Source of the DNA: Candidatus Atelocyanobacterium thalassae | GTDB lineage: Bacteria > Cyanobacteriota > Cyanobacteriia > Cyanobacteriales > Microcystaceae | Length of the DNA stretch: 64,000 nt | Assembly (NCBI GenBank): GCA_051971635.1 | Contig: JBFPLN010000001.1 | Span: 256,001 to 320,000 of the forward strand | Reading direction: 5' to 3' | In this document: positions 34,518 to 45,670 of the stretch, piece after piece | Layout of the letters: each line of letters starts with the position of its first letter | Position numbering within the stretch: position 1 is the first letter of the stretch | Translations under genes and position numbers: made by a program | The notes under the pieces: generated by a model | Told to the model about the DNA's origin: nothing | Databases searched by the model: none | The model's input: the letters and a program-made list of their open reading frames with translations, nothing else

Positions 34518-35147
34518 CTAGTTGCTTTTCCCAATATTAGAATATCCCTTCCAACGATTTATCAGGGTACAGTCAATATTTAATTGATCCAGTACACGAA
34601 CTACAACGAAATCAACTAAATCTTCTATGGTCTGAGGTTGATGGTACCAAGCCGGAATTGCAGGAACTATCTTTACCCCCACTTCTGCCAAAGTCACTAA
34701 ATTCCGTAAATGTATTAGATTTAAAGGAGTTTCACGAGGAACTACGACTAAAGGACGACCTTCTTTTAGTTGGACATCAGCTGCTCTTTCTAATAAATCT
34801 GAACTTAATCCTGAAGACAGCTTTGCAATAGTACTCATACTGCAAGGGATGATTATCATACCCAAAGTATGAAAAGAACCACTTGCTATACTTGCGCCAA
34901 TATCTGTCCAGCGATGACATTTTAATTTTCCTGCCTCTGGTACCCCCGCTTGAATACGCCAAAACTGCACTTGTAACTCAGGATCTATAGGCATTTTAAT
35001 TTTTTCTTCTGCTTGCCATACTAGATAAGTAGCTTTAGAGGCTACGATATCAACTGTATAATCTGCTTCTAAAAGAAATTTCAAAATACGAACACTATAA
35101 ATTAAACCAGAAGCTCCGCTAATACCTAAAATTAATGGTTTTCTCAC
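34518..35147 (-). CDS. ubiX: Flavin prenyltransferase UbiX
   Basis: GISGASG, ASGS, PCSMST, RAADVQLKE and PRETPL motifs; GTG start. Confidence 0.95.
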   Translation of the reverse strand: MRKPLILGISGASGLIYSVRILKFLLEADYTVDIVASKATYLVWQAEEKIKMPIDPELQVQFWRIQAGVPEAGKLKCHRWTDIGASIASGSFHTLGMIIIPCSMSTIAKLSSGLSSDLLERAADVQLKEGRPLVVVPRETPLNLIHLRNLVTLAEVGVKIVPAIPAWYHQPQTIEDLVDFVVVRVLDQLNIDCTLINRWKGYSNIGKSN

Positions 35148-35900
35148 TAAATTAACCTTTTTAATTTAAGACTTTAATCATTGATATTTTTTTCATTCCC
35201 TCTATCCTTAGCAATTTTTCCTTCATACTATATTTCCTGTTTTTCATAAATGATTTCGAATATCATATAGTTATTGTAAGCAATAATAAAATTATATCGT
35301 ATTAATTTGAATATATTGTAGAGATTATTTATAAAAAAGTTTAACTGAAATTACTTGAAGCCAAAATATATTAAGCAACGGAGGCGGTAGTAGAATGGAT
35401 ATTGCATAGACAAATAAATATCTAATACTTAAATGATTTTAATTAGACATTAAATATATTAAAAACTTGATATTTTCTTATAGTTAATTTCTTTGTTTTT
35501 AATAGCATATAACTATATTTAATTTTAATAAAAAATATTTTCTATTTTAAGAGAATAAAATGTTGGTTCTTAATAATATCTTAAATATTTAAACCTAGAA
35601 TTATACCTTTTGATTTTTATTAAAAGATACATTGTCGTTATGTTAACAACGAATTTTTTAGCTGCTTAAACAACTTATATATGTTAAAATTATTAAATAA
35701 TAAGGTTATGTAGAAAATAATATTTTCGTTTATACTATTACGTTCTTTAGACTTAAAGATAATACAAAATCTTTATTAAAATTGGATTTTTCTGTTTTAA
35801 TTTATTTCAATATTTAATCTTTATAGAAAGATTTATGGTAGATTTATATGGAACGGATTAAACGTAATAGTAAAAATTAAATTTTTATAATTAATGACTA

Positions 35901-37094
35901 ATGAATAAATCTCTATTACCTGTTCCTTCAGGTATTTTCAAGATTTTAGATCTTTCAGTGAATGATAGTAATATTAAAGACAGTCCTCTTGATTTTTCTT
36001 TAATATTACCTACTTATAATGAAGCAGAAAATATTCAAAATATTGTTAAGATTTTAAGTAATCTACTAGATAAAGTTGTACCTAATAACTATGAATTAAT
36101 AGTAGTTGATGATGACAGTCCAGATTATACTTGGCAAATAGCTTTAGAATTAATATCTGATTATCCTCAGTTACGTGTTATGCGCAGAATACATGAAAAA
36201 GGTCTCTCTACTGCTGTTATACGTGGATGGCAAGCAGCTAAAGGAAAAATTCTAGGGGTTATTGATGCAGATTTGCAACACCCTCCAGAAGTATTATTAG
36301 ATCTTCTCCAGAACATGAAGAATGGTGCAGATCTTGCAGTTGCTAGTAGACATATAGAGGGAGGTGGAGTAAGTGAATGGAGTATGGCCCGTCGATTTTT
36401 ATCCCGGGGAGCACAAATGCTGGGTTTGATAATATTACCTGAAGTAATAGGTCGTCTTTCCGACCCTATGAGTGGTTATTTCATGGTACGCCGTAATTCT
36501 ATTATTAATAAAACTTTGAACCCTGTAGGCTATAAAATTTTAATTGAAGTTACAGCAAGAGGAAAAATAAATTGGTTGTCTGAAATAGGTTATGTATTTA
36601 GGGAACGTCAAATTGGGGAAAGTAAAGTTACCTGGAAACAGTATATCCAGTATCTTCAACATCTTGTAAGATTAAGGTTATCTCTATCAACACGTTTTTT
36701 TCAATTTTGTTTAGTAGGGCTAGGTGGGATGATCATGGATATGAGCATCCTGTATTTATTGAGTGACAATAGTACTTTAGGACTACCTTTAACTCGTAGT
36801 AAAATTGTTGCAGCAGAGCTGGCAATCATTAACAATTTCATATGGAATGATTTTTGGACATTTCGAGATATTACTTTTTTTCAACCAGGTAAACACTTAA
36901 GAATTAGAAGATTTATAAAGTTTAATATTATTTGCTTAACAGGCTTAGTTTTAAATATTTTTCTATTGAATTTGCTCTTTAATACATTTCAATTTAATCG
37001 TTATTTTTCTAATTTCTTTGCAATTATTTGTGTAACTTTATGGAATTTTTGGTTTAATCTGAAATTAAGCTGGCGAGTTACTGAAATAGATTAA
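35901..37094 (+). CDS. GT2 polyprenol-phosphate glycosyltransferase fused to a GtrA-like membrane domain
   Basis: PTYNE, VDDDSPD, DADLQHPP and DPMSGYF motifs; C-terminal four-TM region with NNFIWNDFWTF. Confidence 0.92.
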   Translation: MNKSLLPVPSGIFKILDLSVNDSNIKDSPLDFSLILPTYNEAENIQNIVKILSNLLDKVVPNNYELIVVDDDSPDYTWQIALELISDYPQLRVMRRIHEKGLSTAVIRGWQAAKGKILGVIDADLQHPPEVLLDLLQNMKNGADLAVASRHIEGGGVSEWSMARRFLSRGAQMLGLIILPEVIGRLSDPMSGYFMVRRNSIINKTLNPVGYKILIEVTARGKINWLSEIGYVFRERQIGESKVTWKQYIQYLQHLVRLRLSLSTRFFQFCLVGLGGMIMDMSILYLLSDNSTLGLPLTRSKIVAAELAIINNFIWNDFWTFRDITFFQPGKHLRIRRFIKFNIICLTGLVLNIFLLNLLFNTFQFNRYFSNFFAIICVTLWNFWFNLKLSWRVTEID

Positions 37095-37419
37095 TAATCA
37101 TAATATTATTAAATATACTTATTGTTTAAAAATTTAGAGATCCTGAATAAAGACTTACACTTAACTTGTACATTTTATTTCTTAATAAGAAGACTTTATG
37201 TTTAATATTAATAATACTTTTCCAATATTGAACTATTACTAATACTAGACAATCTGATTTTTATTATTCATATATACAAAACATGAATAATTACACAATT
37301 AATTACGATTTAATTTTTTGTTTAAGGTATTTTCAAAGTCCTTAGGAGATACTCAAGTTTGTAATAAAAATCAAATACTATACTAATTTAAGGTTTAGTT
37401 ATATTTTAGTTAAAAGATA

Positions 37420-39378
37420 CTATTCCAATTTAAAGCTATTTCTATCGTCACTAGTATCTAATTGTGAAAAGCTTTGGGACAGTTGTAGTTTTAATATTTT
37501 TTGTCTACTTGTAATATACTCATTTAAATAATATTCAAAGTTTACTAAATCTTTACTTTTATCAATCATTTGATACTTTACTTTGCAATGGTGACAATAC
37601 TTTTTTAAGCTAGCTTTTTCAAGAAAAATTAAAGATGCTTTAATAATTAAATCTAAGCGTTCATCATCTTCATGCTGTTCTAATTCACTAAAGCTTAATA
37701 TTTGGCTGATACATGTTTTTACTAAGGGTGATTCCCATATAGTTTCTTGAAGCTTATAAATTAGTTGAGCCTTATCCGCTTTATCATTGTTTTGATAACT
37801 ATCTTCAGTTTCTAATATTTTTGTCCATATTACACGATGTTCTTGTATGTTGAAAAATAAATTTTTAAATTCAAGATTTTTTAATATTCTATGACGATAT
37901 TCAGAGTAGCGGAGATAAACTTTCAGCAAATTAATTTCTGCTTCTTTAAGTAATTGATCTTCAAGGAGTAAATTTACTGGAGTAAATTTTGTAGATTTCT
38001 TACTATTAAAATTGTTAGCTATAGGTTTAGCTAATTGTAACTGAAAATTTTTAAGATATATTGGAATTAATCTTGCATCTCCCTGGGAGAGTACTTCTGA
38101 GCAATATCTAATGTAATATTCTCGTTTATTATAATCAGATAGTTTAGATAACACGATGATCATTTCTTTTACAACTTTTTCAAAATGATCAGCTCTTTTT
38201 AAATCTTTGTTTAATAGAATTTGTTGAATTTGCCAACCAACCCATAATGGAGCGTCGTTAACTAACCCATAGTATTTTTCTGTACTATTTTGATTGAATT
38301 GTATGAATTCATCAGCATCTTTACCATTGGGAAGATTTAAAATTTTTAACTGTACTTGCCCCGAATAGATTAAAGGTTCTATTTCAGTAATCATTCTTTG
38401 TGTAGCTTTAATTCCTGCATTATCAGCATCGAAATTAAAAACAATTTGTTTTGAGTCTGTATATCTTAATAGCTTTCTAAGTTGAGTCTTACTGAACGTA
38501 GTACCTAATGAAGCTACGGTATTTTCAATACCTACTTCATGGAGCGATATTACATCGAAATATCCTTCAACTACAATAGCCTGATCCAAGGTACGTATAC
38601 TTTTGTAAGCTTGGTTTAATGCAAATAAAATTTTACTTTTGCTGAAGAGAGAAGTTTCAGGAGAATTCAGATATTTTGGTTCCTGGTTATTTATACTTCT
38701 TCCTCCAAAAGCGATAATATGACCTTGAACATCTTTAATAGGAATCATTATTCGTCCACGAAATGTATCGTAATAGCCGCTGGCTTTATCTCTTGGTTTA
38801 ATCATTCCTGTTTGTTCTAGAAGATTAACAGGATAGTTTTTTTCCTTTATTAGATAAGAATATAAAGTTTCCCATCCTTCCGGAGCATATCCTAAATTAA
38901 ATTTTGATATGGTCTCTGGTTTTAAAAGTCTTTTGTTAATGAGATAATCTAAAGCTTGTTTTCCTATAGGTTCATGTAACAAATGTTCATAGTAATCTGC
39001 TGAGGTCGCTAAAATTTCATAAAGCTGATCTTGTAAAGAAATTCTTTCTCGTAATGTTTCGGCATTTTCTGAGTTTGAATCTTTGATGGGAATTTTATAC
39101 TGCTTGGCTAATTCAAGTATAACTTGATTAAAAGGCTCTTTTCGAATCTCCATTAGAAATTTAATAGCGTTTCCTCCTGCTCCACATCCAAAACAATGAT
39201 ATAGTTGCTTGTCAGAATTAACCGTAAAGCTAGGGGTTTTTTCATCATGAAAAGGACATAACCCAACATAATTTTTCCCTCTTTTTTTTAGTACAACATA
39301 TTCGGAAATCGTGTTGTATATATTAACTTTTTCCTTAATTTCTTCTAAAGTATCAGGATGTAAACGTAAAAAGCTCAT
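37420..39378 (-). CDS. dnaG: DNA primase
   Basis: CPFH..KTPSF...CFGC zinc finger, KYLNSPET, VEGYFDV, FDADNAG and GKDADE motifs. Confidence 0.98.
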   Translation of the reverse strand: MSFLRLHPDTLEEIKEKVNIYNTISEYVVLKKRGKNYVGLCPFHDEKTPSFTVNSDKQLYHCFGCGAGGNAIKFLMEIRKEPFNQVILELAKQYKIPIKDSNSENAETLRERISLQDQLYEILATSADYYEHLLHEPIGKQALDYLINKRLLKPETISKFNLGYAPEGWETLYSYLIKEKNYPVNLLEQTGMIKPRDKASGYYDTFRGRIMIPIKDVQGHIIAFGGRSINNQEPKYLNSPETSLFSKSKILFALNQAYKSIRTLDQAIVVEGYFDVISLHEVGIENTVASLGTTFSKTQLRKLLRYTDSKQIVFNFDADNAGIKATQRMITEIEPLIYSGQVQLKILNLPNGKDADEFIQFNQNSTEKYYGLVNDAPLWVGWQIQQILLNKDLKRADHFEKVVKEMIIVLSKLSDYNKREYYIRYCSEVLSQGDARLIPIYLKNFQLQLAKPIANNFNSKKSTKFTPVNLLLEDQLLKEAEINLLKVYLRYSEYRHRILKNLEFKNLFFNIQEHRVIWTKILETEDSYQNNDKADKAQLIYKLQETIWESPLVKTCISQILSFSELEQHEDDERLDLIIKASLIFLEKASLKKYCHHCKVKYQMIDKSKDLVNFEYYLNEYITSRQKILKLQLSQSFSQLDTSDDRNSFKLE

Positions 39379-39798
39379 AGAATTTAGTTGTAGAATTTTG
39401 TAATATGGAATATATTGATCAAAAAAACTTAACTTAAATAGTTCTAATAATTATGTACAAAAATATATTTATTAAGTAAGTAGTTGTCAATTAGATTTGG
39501 TTTAAATTTTTGTTTTTTGAAATGATACTTAATTTTAAAAAATATTGTGCTACATTCATTCATAATACTTTTATCTAATTAATCATCGTATGTTGTGGTT
39601 TTTTACTTCAAAGTTTAAGTATAAGTCTAAGTTATAAAATTAATCATAGAAAGCAACCTTAGATATACATACTTATAAATAGATTAAACTATTAATAATA
39701 TTATTGACTCCACTCTTTTACTCTGTATTGAGTTTTAATATATAGAAATTAATAACAAGTGCTACAATTGCTTGTTGTGCTTATTAAATAGTACGATA

Positions 39799-40650
39799 TT
39801 AAATATTATTAATTAGCCAAGAAAACTTACCAATTCCATACCAGACATATAAAGTTATAGACAGTAGCAAAAATACTGTTAAAAAACTTATGCTCAAATA
39901 ATCAATCTGATTTAATGATGATTCATGTAGATAAGTTCTGTTAGAGCTACCTGAAAAAGATTTTGACTGTAGTACAATATCTATTGTATTAGTTTTGGCC
40001 ATAGAATTAAGAATTAAAGATACAGCAAGATTCAAATAAACTGTAGCTTTTTTCAGCAAACTAACTTTATTTAAAGCTAATCCTCTTAGCTTCTGAGCCT
40101 CTAAGATAGATTGTATTTCTTCAACTAATAATGGAAAAAACCTTAAAGTAGATGAAAAAATAAAAACAATCTTGTATGGTATTTTTATTTTTACCATTCC
40201 TATAACCATATCATTAATATCAGTCGTAAAAACTCCTAATGGAATTATTAAAGTCATATTTAAAATTTTAAGTATTATGTTAAGTCCATAAAGAATACCC
40301 TCATAATTCATTGTTAATCCTCCAATCCAAAACCAACTATCTGGAATATTGAAAATAGGAGTTAAATAATTTGTATTTAATAATATCTTTATTTGATCTG
40401 TATAAAAAAAGCCTGTAACAATTAGGATAAGAAAATGAAAAGGTACCATTATTGTGAAGATCTTTTTAAAATAACTTATCTGTATGCCAGCTAAAATACA
40501 AGCACATCCTATTGTTAAACTTAACAACCCTTCTGCAAAAGGACTTTCCCAAAGAAACGTAATTATAGTAATAACTATAATCATCAATAATTTAGTTCTA
40601 AAATCTAAGTAAGTAAAAAATGATTCTTTATTAACTGTTTCAATTTTCAT
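39799..40650 (-). CDS. ecfT: ECF transporter T component
   Basis: LDFRTKL, LRFFPLL and AQKLRG conserved EcfT motifs; polytopic; overlaps the ATPase gene by 11 nt. Confidence 0.9.
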   Translation of the reverse strand: MKIETVNKESFFTYLDFRTKLLMIIVITIITFLWESPFAEGLLSLTIGCACILAGIQISYFKKIFTIMVPFHFLILIVTGFFYTDQIKILLNTNYLTPIFNIPDSWFWIGGLTMNYEGILYGLNIILKILNMTLIIPLGVFTTDINDMVIGMVKIKIPYKIVFIFSSTLRFFPLLVEEIQSILEAQKLRGLALNKVSLLKKATVYLNLAVSLILNSMAKTNTIDIVLQSKSFSGSSNRTYLHESSLNQIDYLSISFLTVFLLLSITLYVWYGIGKFSWLINNI

Positions 40651-42364
40651 AGGGATGAAAGCATTTTATTAATTCATTAGGTGTTAAGGCAGAACATTTA
40701 CTTTGCATATTACGATTCATTTCTTGAGTCAAAAGAACTGCCTGGGGAGGAATAAGATAAGTAGATTTTAACAATTCTACCTTATGATAAGCTTCATCAA
40801 TGAAAGCATCTAGTATAACTTCTCCTGCTTTCATAATAATTACCCTTTCGGCATAATTTGACATCAAATACAAATGATGGGTTATAACTATGATAGTTTT
40901 TCCAGCTTGGTGTAATTTACGAGTAATTTCTAAAATTGAGCAAGCACCTTTATAATCTTGACCAGTTGTAGGTTCATCGAAAATAATTATATCTGTTTCC
41001 ATAGCTAAGATTGAAGCAATAATGATTCGTGCACGATCACCTTTGGCTAATGAGAAAGGATGAGCTTGACTAAACTCTAGTAAACCGATTTCCTCTAAGA
41101 TTTTACAAGCTCTGTTATCTACTTTACTTTTTTGATAGCCTAAATTATTTAGTGCAAAAGTTACTTCATCTTTAACTGTCATATTAAAAATTTGGTTATC
41201 AGGATTTTGTCCTACATATCCAATAATTCTAGATATATCACTAATAGATAAAACTTTCGTATTTCTATTTTTTACTTGTACAGTCCCTTGCGTAGGTTCT
41301 AAAAGTTTTAAAAAATGTTTAACTAACGTACTTTTTCCTGAACCATTTTGACCAGCTATTAAAACATATTCTCCTGAAAAAATATCAAGTGATATTTGAT
41401 TTAATGCTTTTACATTGTTCTCATAACAGTAAGTTAATTGTCTTGTAGATAATAAACTTACTAAATTTTTTTTATATTTTTTTTTATCTCTTTCAAAGGT
41501 AGCTGATATTGAAATATTATTCTTTAATTGTCTTAATGTTTTGATTCCTTGCTCTAAGGTAACAGGAACTTGTGAAAACTTAATTCCTTTTGCTTTAATA
41601 GCATAAAATATTTTAGCCACTTCTGGAGGACGTAAATTATGAGTCTCTAGTAGAGGAATTTTTGTATATACTTCTTCTGGAGTTCCTAACTTGATAATCT
41701 CTCCACCAGACAATAAAGCTAAACGATCACTAAACTGAGCCATTTCTTCTGAAGCATGAGAAACCATTACAATAGTTATCCCTAACTCTTTATTTAATTT
41801 TTTAACAGTGGCAAAAACTTCTTGAGAACCTATTGGATCAAGTTGTGAAGTAGGCTCATCTAGTATTAGTAATTGAGGTTTTAAAGCAATCGCAGCTGCA
41901 ATTGCCAAGCGTTGTTTTTGTCCTCCTGATAATTCTTGAGGATGCTTAGATTCCATACCCTCTAGTCTAACCGCTGTTAAAGAAGATGAAATGCAAGTAA
42001 TAATTTCTTCACGATTAATGCATAGATTTTCTAATGCAAATGCTATTTCATTAGTAACTGACGTTGATACTAATTGAGTTTCTGGATCCTCAAAAACAGA
42101 TCCAATATAACGAGATAAGTGACTTACTGGGTATTTTAGAGTATCTAAGCCTGCTATTTTAATATATCCAAAAAAACGACCTCCATAAAATTGTGGAATT
42201 ATTCCATTTAATGCTAAACATAACGTTGTTTTTCCAGATCCAGTAGGACCTATGATTCCTAAAAACTCTCCCTTACGAATATTTAAAGAGATGTTTTTAA
42301 GAATAGGTTTTTGAGAATTAGGATAAAAATAAGAGACTTTATCTAAACTGGCTATTATTTCCAT
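40640..42364 (-). CDS. ECF transporter fused double ATPase (EcfAA')
   Basis: Two ABC domains: GPTGSGKT/LSGGQKQR/LDEPT and GQNGSGKS/LAKGDRAR/FDEPT. Confidence 0.92.
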   Translation of the reverse strand: MEIIASLDKVSYFYPNSQKPILKNISLNIRKGEFLGIIGPTGSGKTTLCLALNGIIPQFYGGRFFGYIKIAGLDTLKYPVSHLSRYIGSVFEDPETQLVSTSVTNEIAFALENLCINREEIITCISSSLTAVRLEGMESKHPQELSGGQKQRLAIAAAIALKPQLLILDEPTSQLDPIGSQEVFATVKKLNKELGITIVMVSHASEEMAQFSDRLALLSGGEIIKLGTPEEVYTKIPLLETHNLRPPEVAKIFYAIKAKGIKFSQVPVTLEQGIKTLRQLKNNISISATFERDKKKYKKNLVSLLSTRQLTYCYENNVKALNQISLDIFSGEYVLIAGQNGSGKSTLVKHFLKLLEPTQGTVQVKNRNTKVLSISDISRIIGYVGQNPDNQIFNMTVKDEVTFALNNLGYQKSKVDNRACKILEEIGLLEFSQAHPFSLAKGDRARIIIASILAMETDIIIFDEPTTGQDYKGACSILEITRKLHQAGKTIIVITHHLYLMSNYAERVIIMKAGEVILDAFIDEAYHKVELLKSTYLIPPQAVLLTQEMNRNMQSKCSALTPNELIKCFHPYEN

Positions 42365-42370
42365 AATAGT

Positions 42371-43150
42371 TTAATAAATTGCTGCTTGAGGTTTGATAAT
42401 ACCAATAGCTCGTAAACCGTAAATGACACGGACACCTATAAAAGTTCCTACTAAAGAACGAATTAGATTTTCTAGAGGCATTATCGGAATCAAAAAGATC
42501 CATACTTTTTCTGGCCAATTAAATATGTTATAGGTAATAAAAACTTGGCTTAAATGATAAAGACCACTAATTGTCCAGCTGCCAAAAAACAAACCTAATG
42601 ATACTAAATATAAGTTTTTACTATTAATCCATTTTGCAAACAGTGTACGAGTAGGCAAAATAAAAAATAGCAAACCTGACCAATCAATTAAAGAACCTTT
42701 AATAATTATAGACATCGAAACTCCGTTATCCAAGGCGCGAGACACATATAAGAATAAGATAATAGTAAAAAAAATTGCTATTCCAACCCACCAATATCGA
42801 CGATGTCTACCTATAGTCATGGTACCTGCTGTGAAGCTAGAAATTATTGCTCCAAAGATAGAAATAGGAGGTATCCCTGCAGTATGTGGAGCTAAAAACA
42901 CACCCATCAAAGTTCCTATTCCACTGGCTACTGCACCACCGAATGGCCCTAATATCCAACCTAAAAGCGGAAATATACCTTGGCTTAAAGGAAAAATTCC
43001 TCCAGCTCCTATGGTAATCGAGAATGGAATAAAATTTAAAACTGTTACAACTGTGGACATTACCATTATATGGTTTAGTGGAGTTCCATCTAAAGCAGCA
43101 CTTCCGAGAGATTTTATTTCTCTTTCTTCGCCTTGAAGTTCTATTTTCAT
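42371..43150 (-). CDS. Putative ECF substrate-specific S component
   Basis: 259-aa polytopic protein with LGWILGPFGGAVASGIG motif; first gene of the operon, 6 nt before the ATPase. Confidence 0.75.
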   Translation of the reverse strand: MKIELQGEEREIKSLGSAALDGTPLNHIMVMSTVVTVLNFIPFSITIGAGGIFPLSQGIFPLLGWILGPFGGAVASGIGTLMGVFLAPHTAGIPPISIFGAIISSFTAGTMTIGRHRRYWWVGIAIFFTIILFLYVSRALDNGVSMSIIIKGSLIDWSGLLFFILPTRTLFAKWINSKNLYLVSLGLFFGSWTISGLYHLSQVFITYNIFNWPEKVWIFLIPIMPLENLIRSLVGTFIGVRVIYGLRAIGIIKPQAAIY

Positions 43151-43399
43151 AATGGTTAGTAAGTATAAATTTTTAGTTCAAAAAATTTTGTTAGCTGAAA
43201 AATAAAAAATTATAATACTGAAAAAATTTATTAGAACAGTATATAAAAATGCCAATTTAGCATTCCTTGCTAAAATGTATTATGGTTAACAGTTAATTAC
43301 CAGATCTTTTTAAGACCTTAGATTTGTTTCTACTATTAAATTGCTATTTTTGATAAAAGTAAATCTAAAAGGAAAAATCTGTTAATAATATATGTACTC

Positions 43400-44008
43400 T
43401 TACAGAGAATCAAAACGGCAGTCTCTGAGCCAGAGACGTATCCCTTCGCCGACTGCGCTATTGATAGAATTGCGAGAAGGTAAAGGTAATGAATTACCTT
43501 TACCTATATTAGCTAGCCTTGAAGAGAGAGATATTAATCTCCAACCATCATCTCCTTTTGATAAAAATATTCTATAGTGATTTTGTAGAAGAAAAACTTC
43601 TTTGTTGCTATAACGTCGCTCTAAAGTTGTAAAAAATGCTTGCTTTGTATTATTTGGAAGTAGAGACTTATACTGAAGGTTCGTTAACGGTAAAGGCTCC
43701 AGCTCGGGTTTTCCTGCTAAAATAATATAACTATATGTATCTACATTACTATTCCTTCTCGTTCTTTGCATTATGCGATTTGCATAACTAGGCAGATCAT
43801 ATAATAACTGTGTTATTAATACTTCGAAGCTACTTGGACAATTTTTCTTAACTGTATTAATAAATAAATACTTATCATTTGTTGTTTTACGCAAATTTTT
43901 AGGTTTGTGTACTTCTATAGTAGCAGAAGTTATGGGGATAAATATCATGCTAAAAATGCCTAGAAAATAGCATTTTAATATAAATAAAGTTTTAATTTTC
44001 GATATCAT
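43400..44008 (-). CDS. Conserved cyanobacterial hypothetical protein
   Basis: LLYDLPSYANR, FFTTLER and GIRLWLRDC motifs; track start is 44032, I prefer Met 44008 or later because of the pyrF overlap. Confidence 0.75.
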   Translation of the reverse strand: MISKIKTLFILKCYFLGIFSMIFIPITSATIEVHKPKNLRKTTNDKYLFINTVKKNCPSSFEVLITQLLYDLPSYANRIMQRTRRNSNVDTYSYIILAGKPELEPLPLTNLQYKSLLPNNTKQAFFTTLERRYSNKEVFLLQNHYRIFLSKGDDGWRLISLSSRLANIGKGNSLPLPSRNSINSAVGEGIRLWLRDCRFDSL

Positions 44009-44690
44009 TAATAATGCGGTTCCATGCTTCAATTGGATTATTATCCATAGTTATTGGTCGTCCAATAACTAAATAATCTGCACCTGCTTCTAAGGTCTGT
44101 TTAGGCTCCATTACTCTTTTTTGATCTTTAGACTGGGACCAAGAAGGTCTTACTCCTGGACAAACTAATATAAAGTTTTCTCCACATTTCTGCCTTAATT
44201 GAGAAACTTCATGAGGAGAACATACTGCCCCATCAATACCTATTTTTTTAGCTAATAGAGCCATGTGCAAAGCATACTTTTCTAATTCTATAGAAATTTT
44301 CAGATCTTGTTTAAGCTCTTTTGAGTTTAAGCTTGTTAGAAGTGTTACTGCTAATATTTTAGTCGTAGAAGAACTATTAGCAACAGCTTTAGTCGCAGAT
44401 TCCATAGCTTTTTGGCCAGCAGCAGCATGAATAGTTATTAAATCTACTCCATAGTTACTAGCAGCTTTACATGCTCCAGCTATAGTATTGGGAATATCGT
44501 GAAATTTTAAGTCTAAGAAAATTCTTTTTTTCCTATTTTTGAGTAGACTAAATATTTCTGGTCCTAGAGCTACAAAAATTTCTAGTCCTACCTTCCAAAA
44601 ATTTACTTGAGGCAGTTCGTCCAAAAGGGCAACTGCGGCTTTCTTATCAGGGACATCTAATGGAACAATTATTTGATTAGTAGAAAACAT
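43992..44690 (-). CDS. pyrF: Orotidine-5'-phosphate decarboxylase
   Basis: KVGLE, FLDLKFHDIPNT, VTLLTS, PGVRP and VIGRPIT motifs; ATG at 44690 preferred over the track start 44705. Confidence 0.97.
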   Translation of the reverse strand: MFSTNQIIVPLDVPDKKAAVALLDELPQVNFWKVGLEIFVALGPEIFSLLKNRKKRIFLDLKFHDIPNTIAGACKAASNYGVDLITIHAAAGQKAMESATKAVANSSSTTKILAVTLLTSLNSKELKQDLKISIELEKYALHMALLAKKIGIDGAVCSPHEVSQLRQKCGENFILVCPGVRPSWSQSKDQKRVMEPKQTLEAGADYLVIGRPITMDNNPIEAWNRIINDIEN

Positions 44691-45073
44691 TGAAAAAGGT
44701 ATCAAATTATTGAATTATACTAAATATAAGAATTAATCTCGCAAAAATGTATTATTGGTAATTAATATTTATCTTTAGAATTATTTGTAAAAGTATAACA
44801 AAGCCAATAACATATAACAGTATATACTTATGGACTGACTTTTATAAGTGCATCCTATAGCCTGATAAAGTATAGCAGACATATTTAAAATCAATGTATA
44901 AATAAAAGTTTAAATGTAGATTACTGATTAAAAATATCTATTCAATCTGAACTACTGTTAAAGAAGTTTTATATAATTTTTCTTTTCTATGTAACCGCTT
45001 TACGATTAGTTACTTCTATACAAGAAATTAGTTCAATAATTAAACTTTTTATCAAGTTAACATAATATATAGC

Positions 45074-45550
45074 ATGCACCATGTATCTATTCGTACAGCT
45101 AATATCCATAAAGCAATAACTTTTTATGAGATTCTGGGTTTTACTATCCAAAATCGCTTTACCACAGGTTATACTCTAGCATGCTGGATGCAAGGATTGG
45201 GAGGAAGAATTGAATTGATTGAGATTCCTGAACCTAAAATAGCTCCAAATATTTTCCAAGATAGTCATTATGTTGGTTACTACCATATATCTTTTGATTT
45301 GACTGACCATACTTCAGATCTATCTATGTGGTTAGATAAATTAAAAATTAATTTTTCTAAATATGAATATGCTGAAAATAATCTTAATAATTCTTCATTT
45401 CCAATTATTTTACTTGAACCTCAGAAGCAGATGATTGGCGATAAGCTTTATGAAATAGCATTTATTCAAGATCAAGACGGATTACCATTAGAATTTATTA
45501 GAATTTTAGATAATGATAGTTATGGTCAGGAATTAAATACTGGCTTTTAA
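45074..45550 (+). CDS. VOC/glyoxalase family protein
   Basis: MHHVSIRT, RIELIE, GYYHISF and DQDGLPLEF motifs. Confidence 0.88.
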   Translation: MHHVSIRTANIHKAITFYEILGFTIQNRFTTGYTLACWMQGLGGRIELIEIPEPKIAPNIFQDSHYVGYYHISFDLTDHTSDLSMWLDKLKINFSKYEYAENNLNNSSFPIILLEPQKQMIGDKLYEIAFIQDQDGLPLEFIRILDNDSYGQELNTGF

Positions 45551-45608
45551 CCTAGCGACTCTTTGATGTGAAAGAAATGTTAAAAAATCTATTTTTTTTC
45601 ACAATATA

Positions 45609-45661
45609 AAAATACTATCAAACTATTCCTGTCTAAACAAAAACTCATTTGATAGTATTTT
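45609..45661. terminator. Hairpin between convergent VOC gene and ctaE
   Basis: 14-bp arms AAAATACTATCAAA / TTTGATAGTATTTT with a 25-nt loop. Confidence 0.5.
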
Positions 45662-45670
45662 AAATAGAAT

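Noticed and set aside
41466..41485. T8 and T9 runs in the ECF ATPase gene as a slippage site
   Set aside because: The reading frame is intact across them (KKKYKKN linker)
43151..43399. Riboswitch upstream of the ECF operon
   Set aside because: No TPP, cobalamin, FMN or SAM consensus recognisable by eye; an Rfam scan would be needed to exclude one
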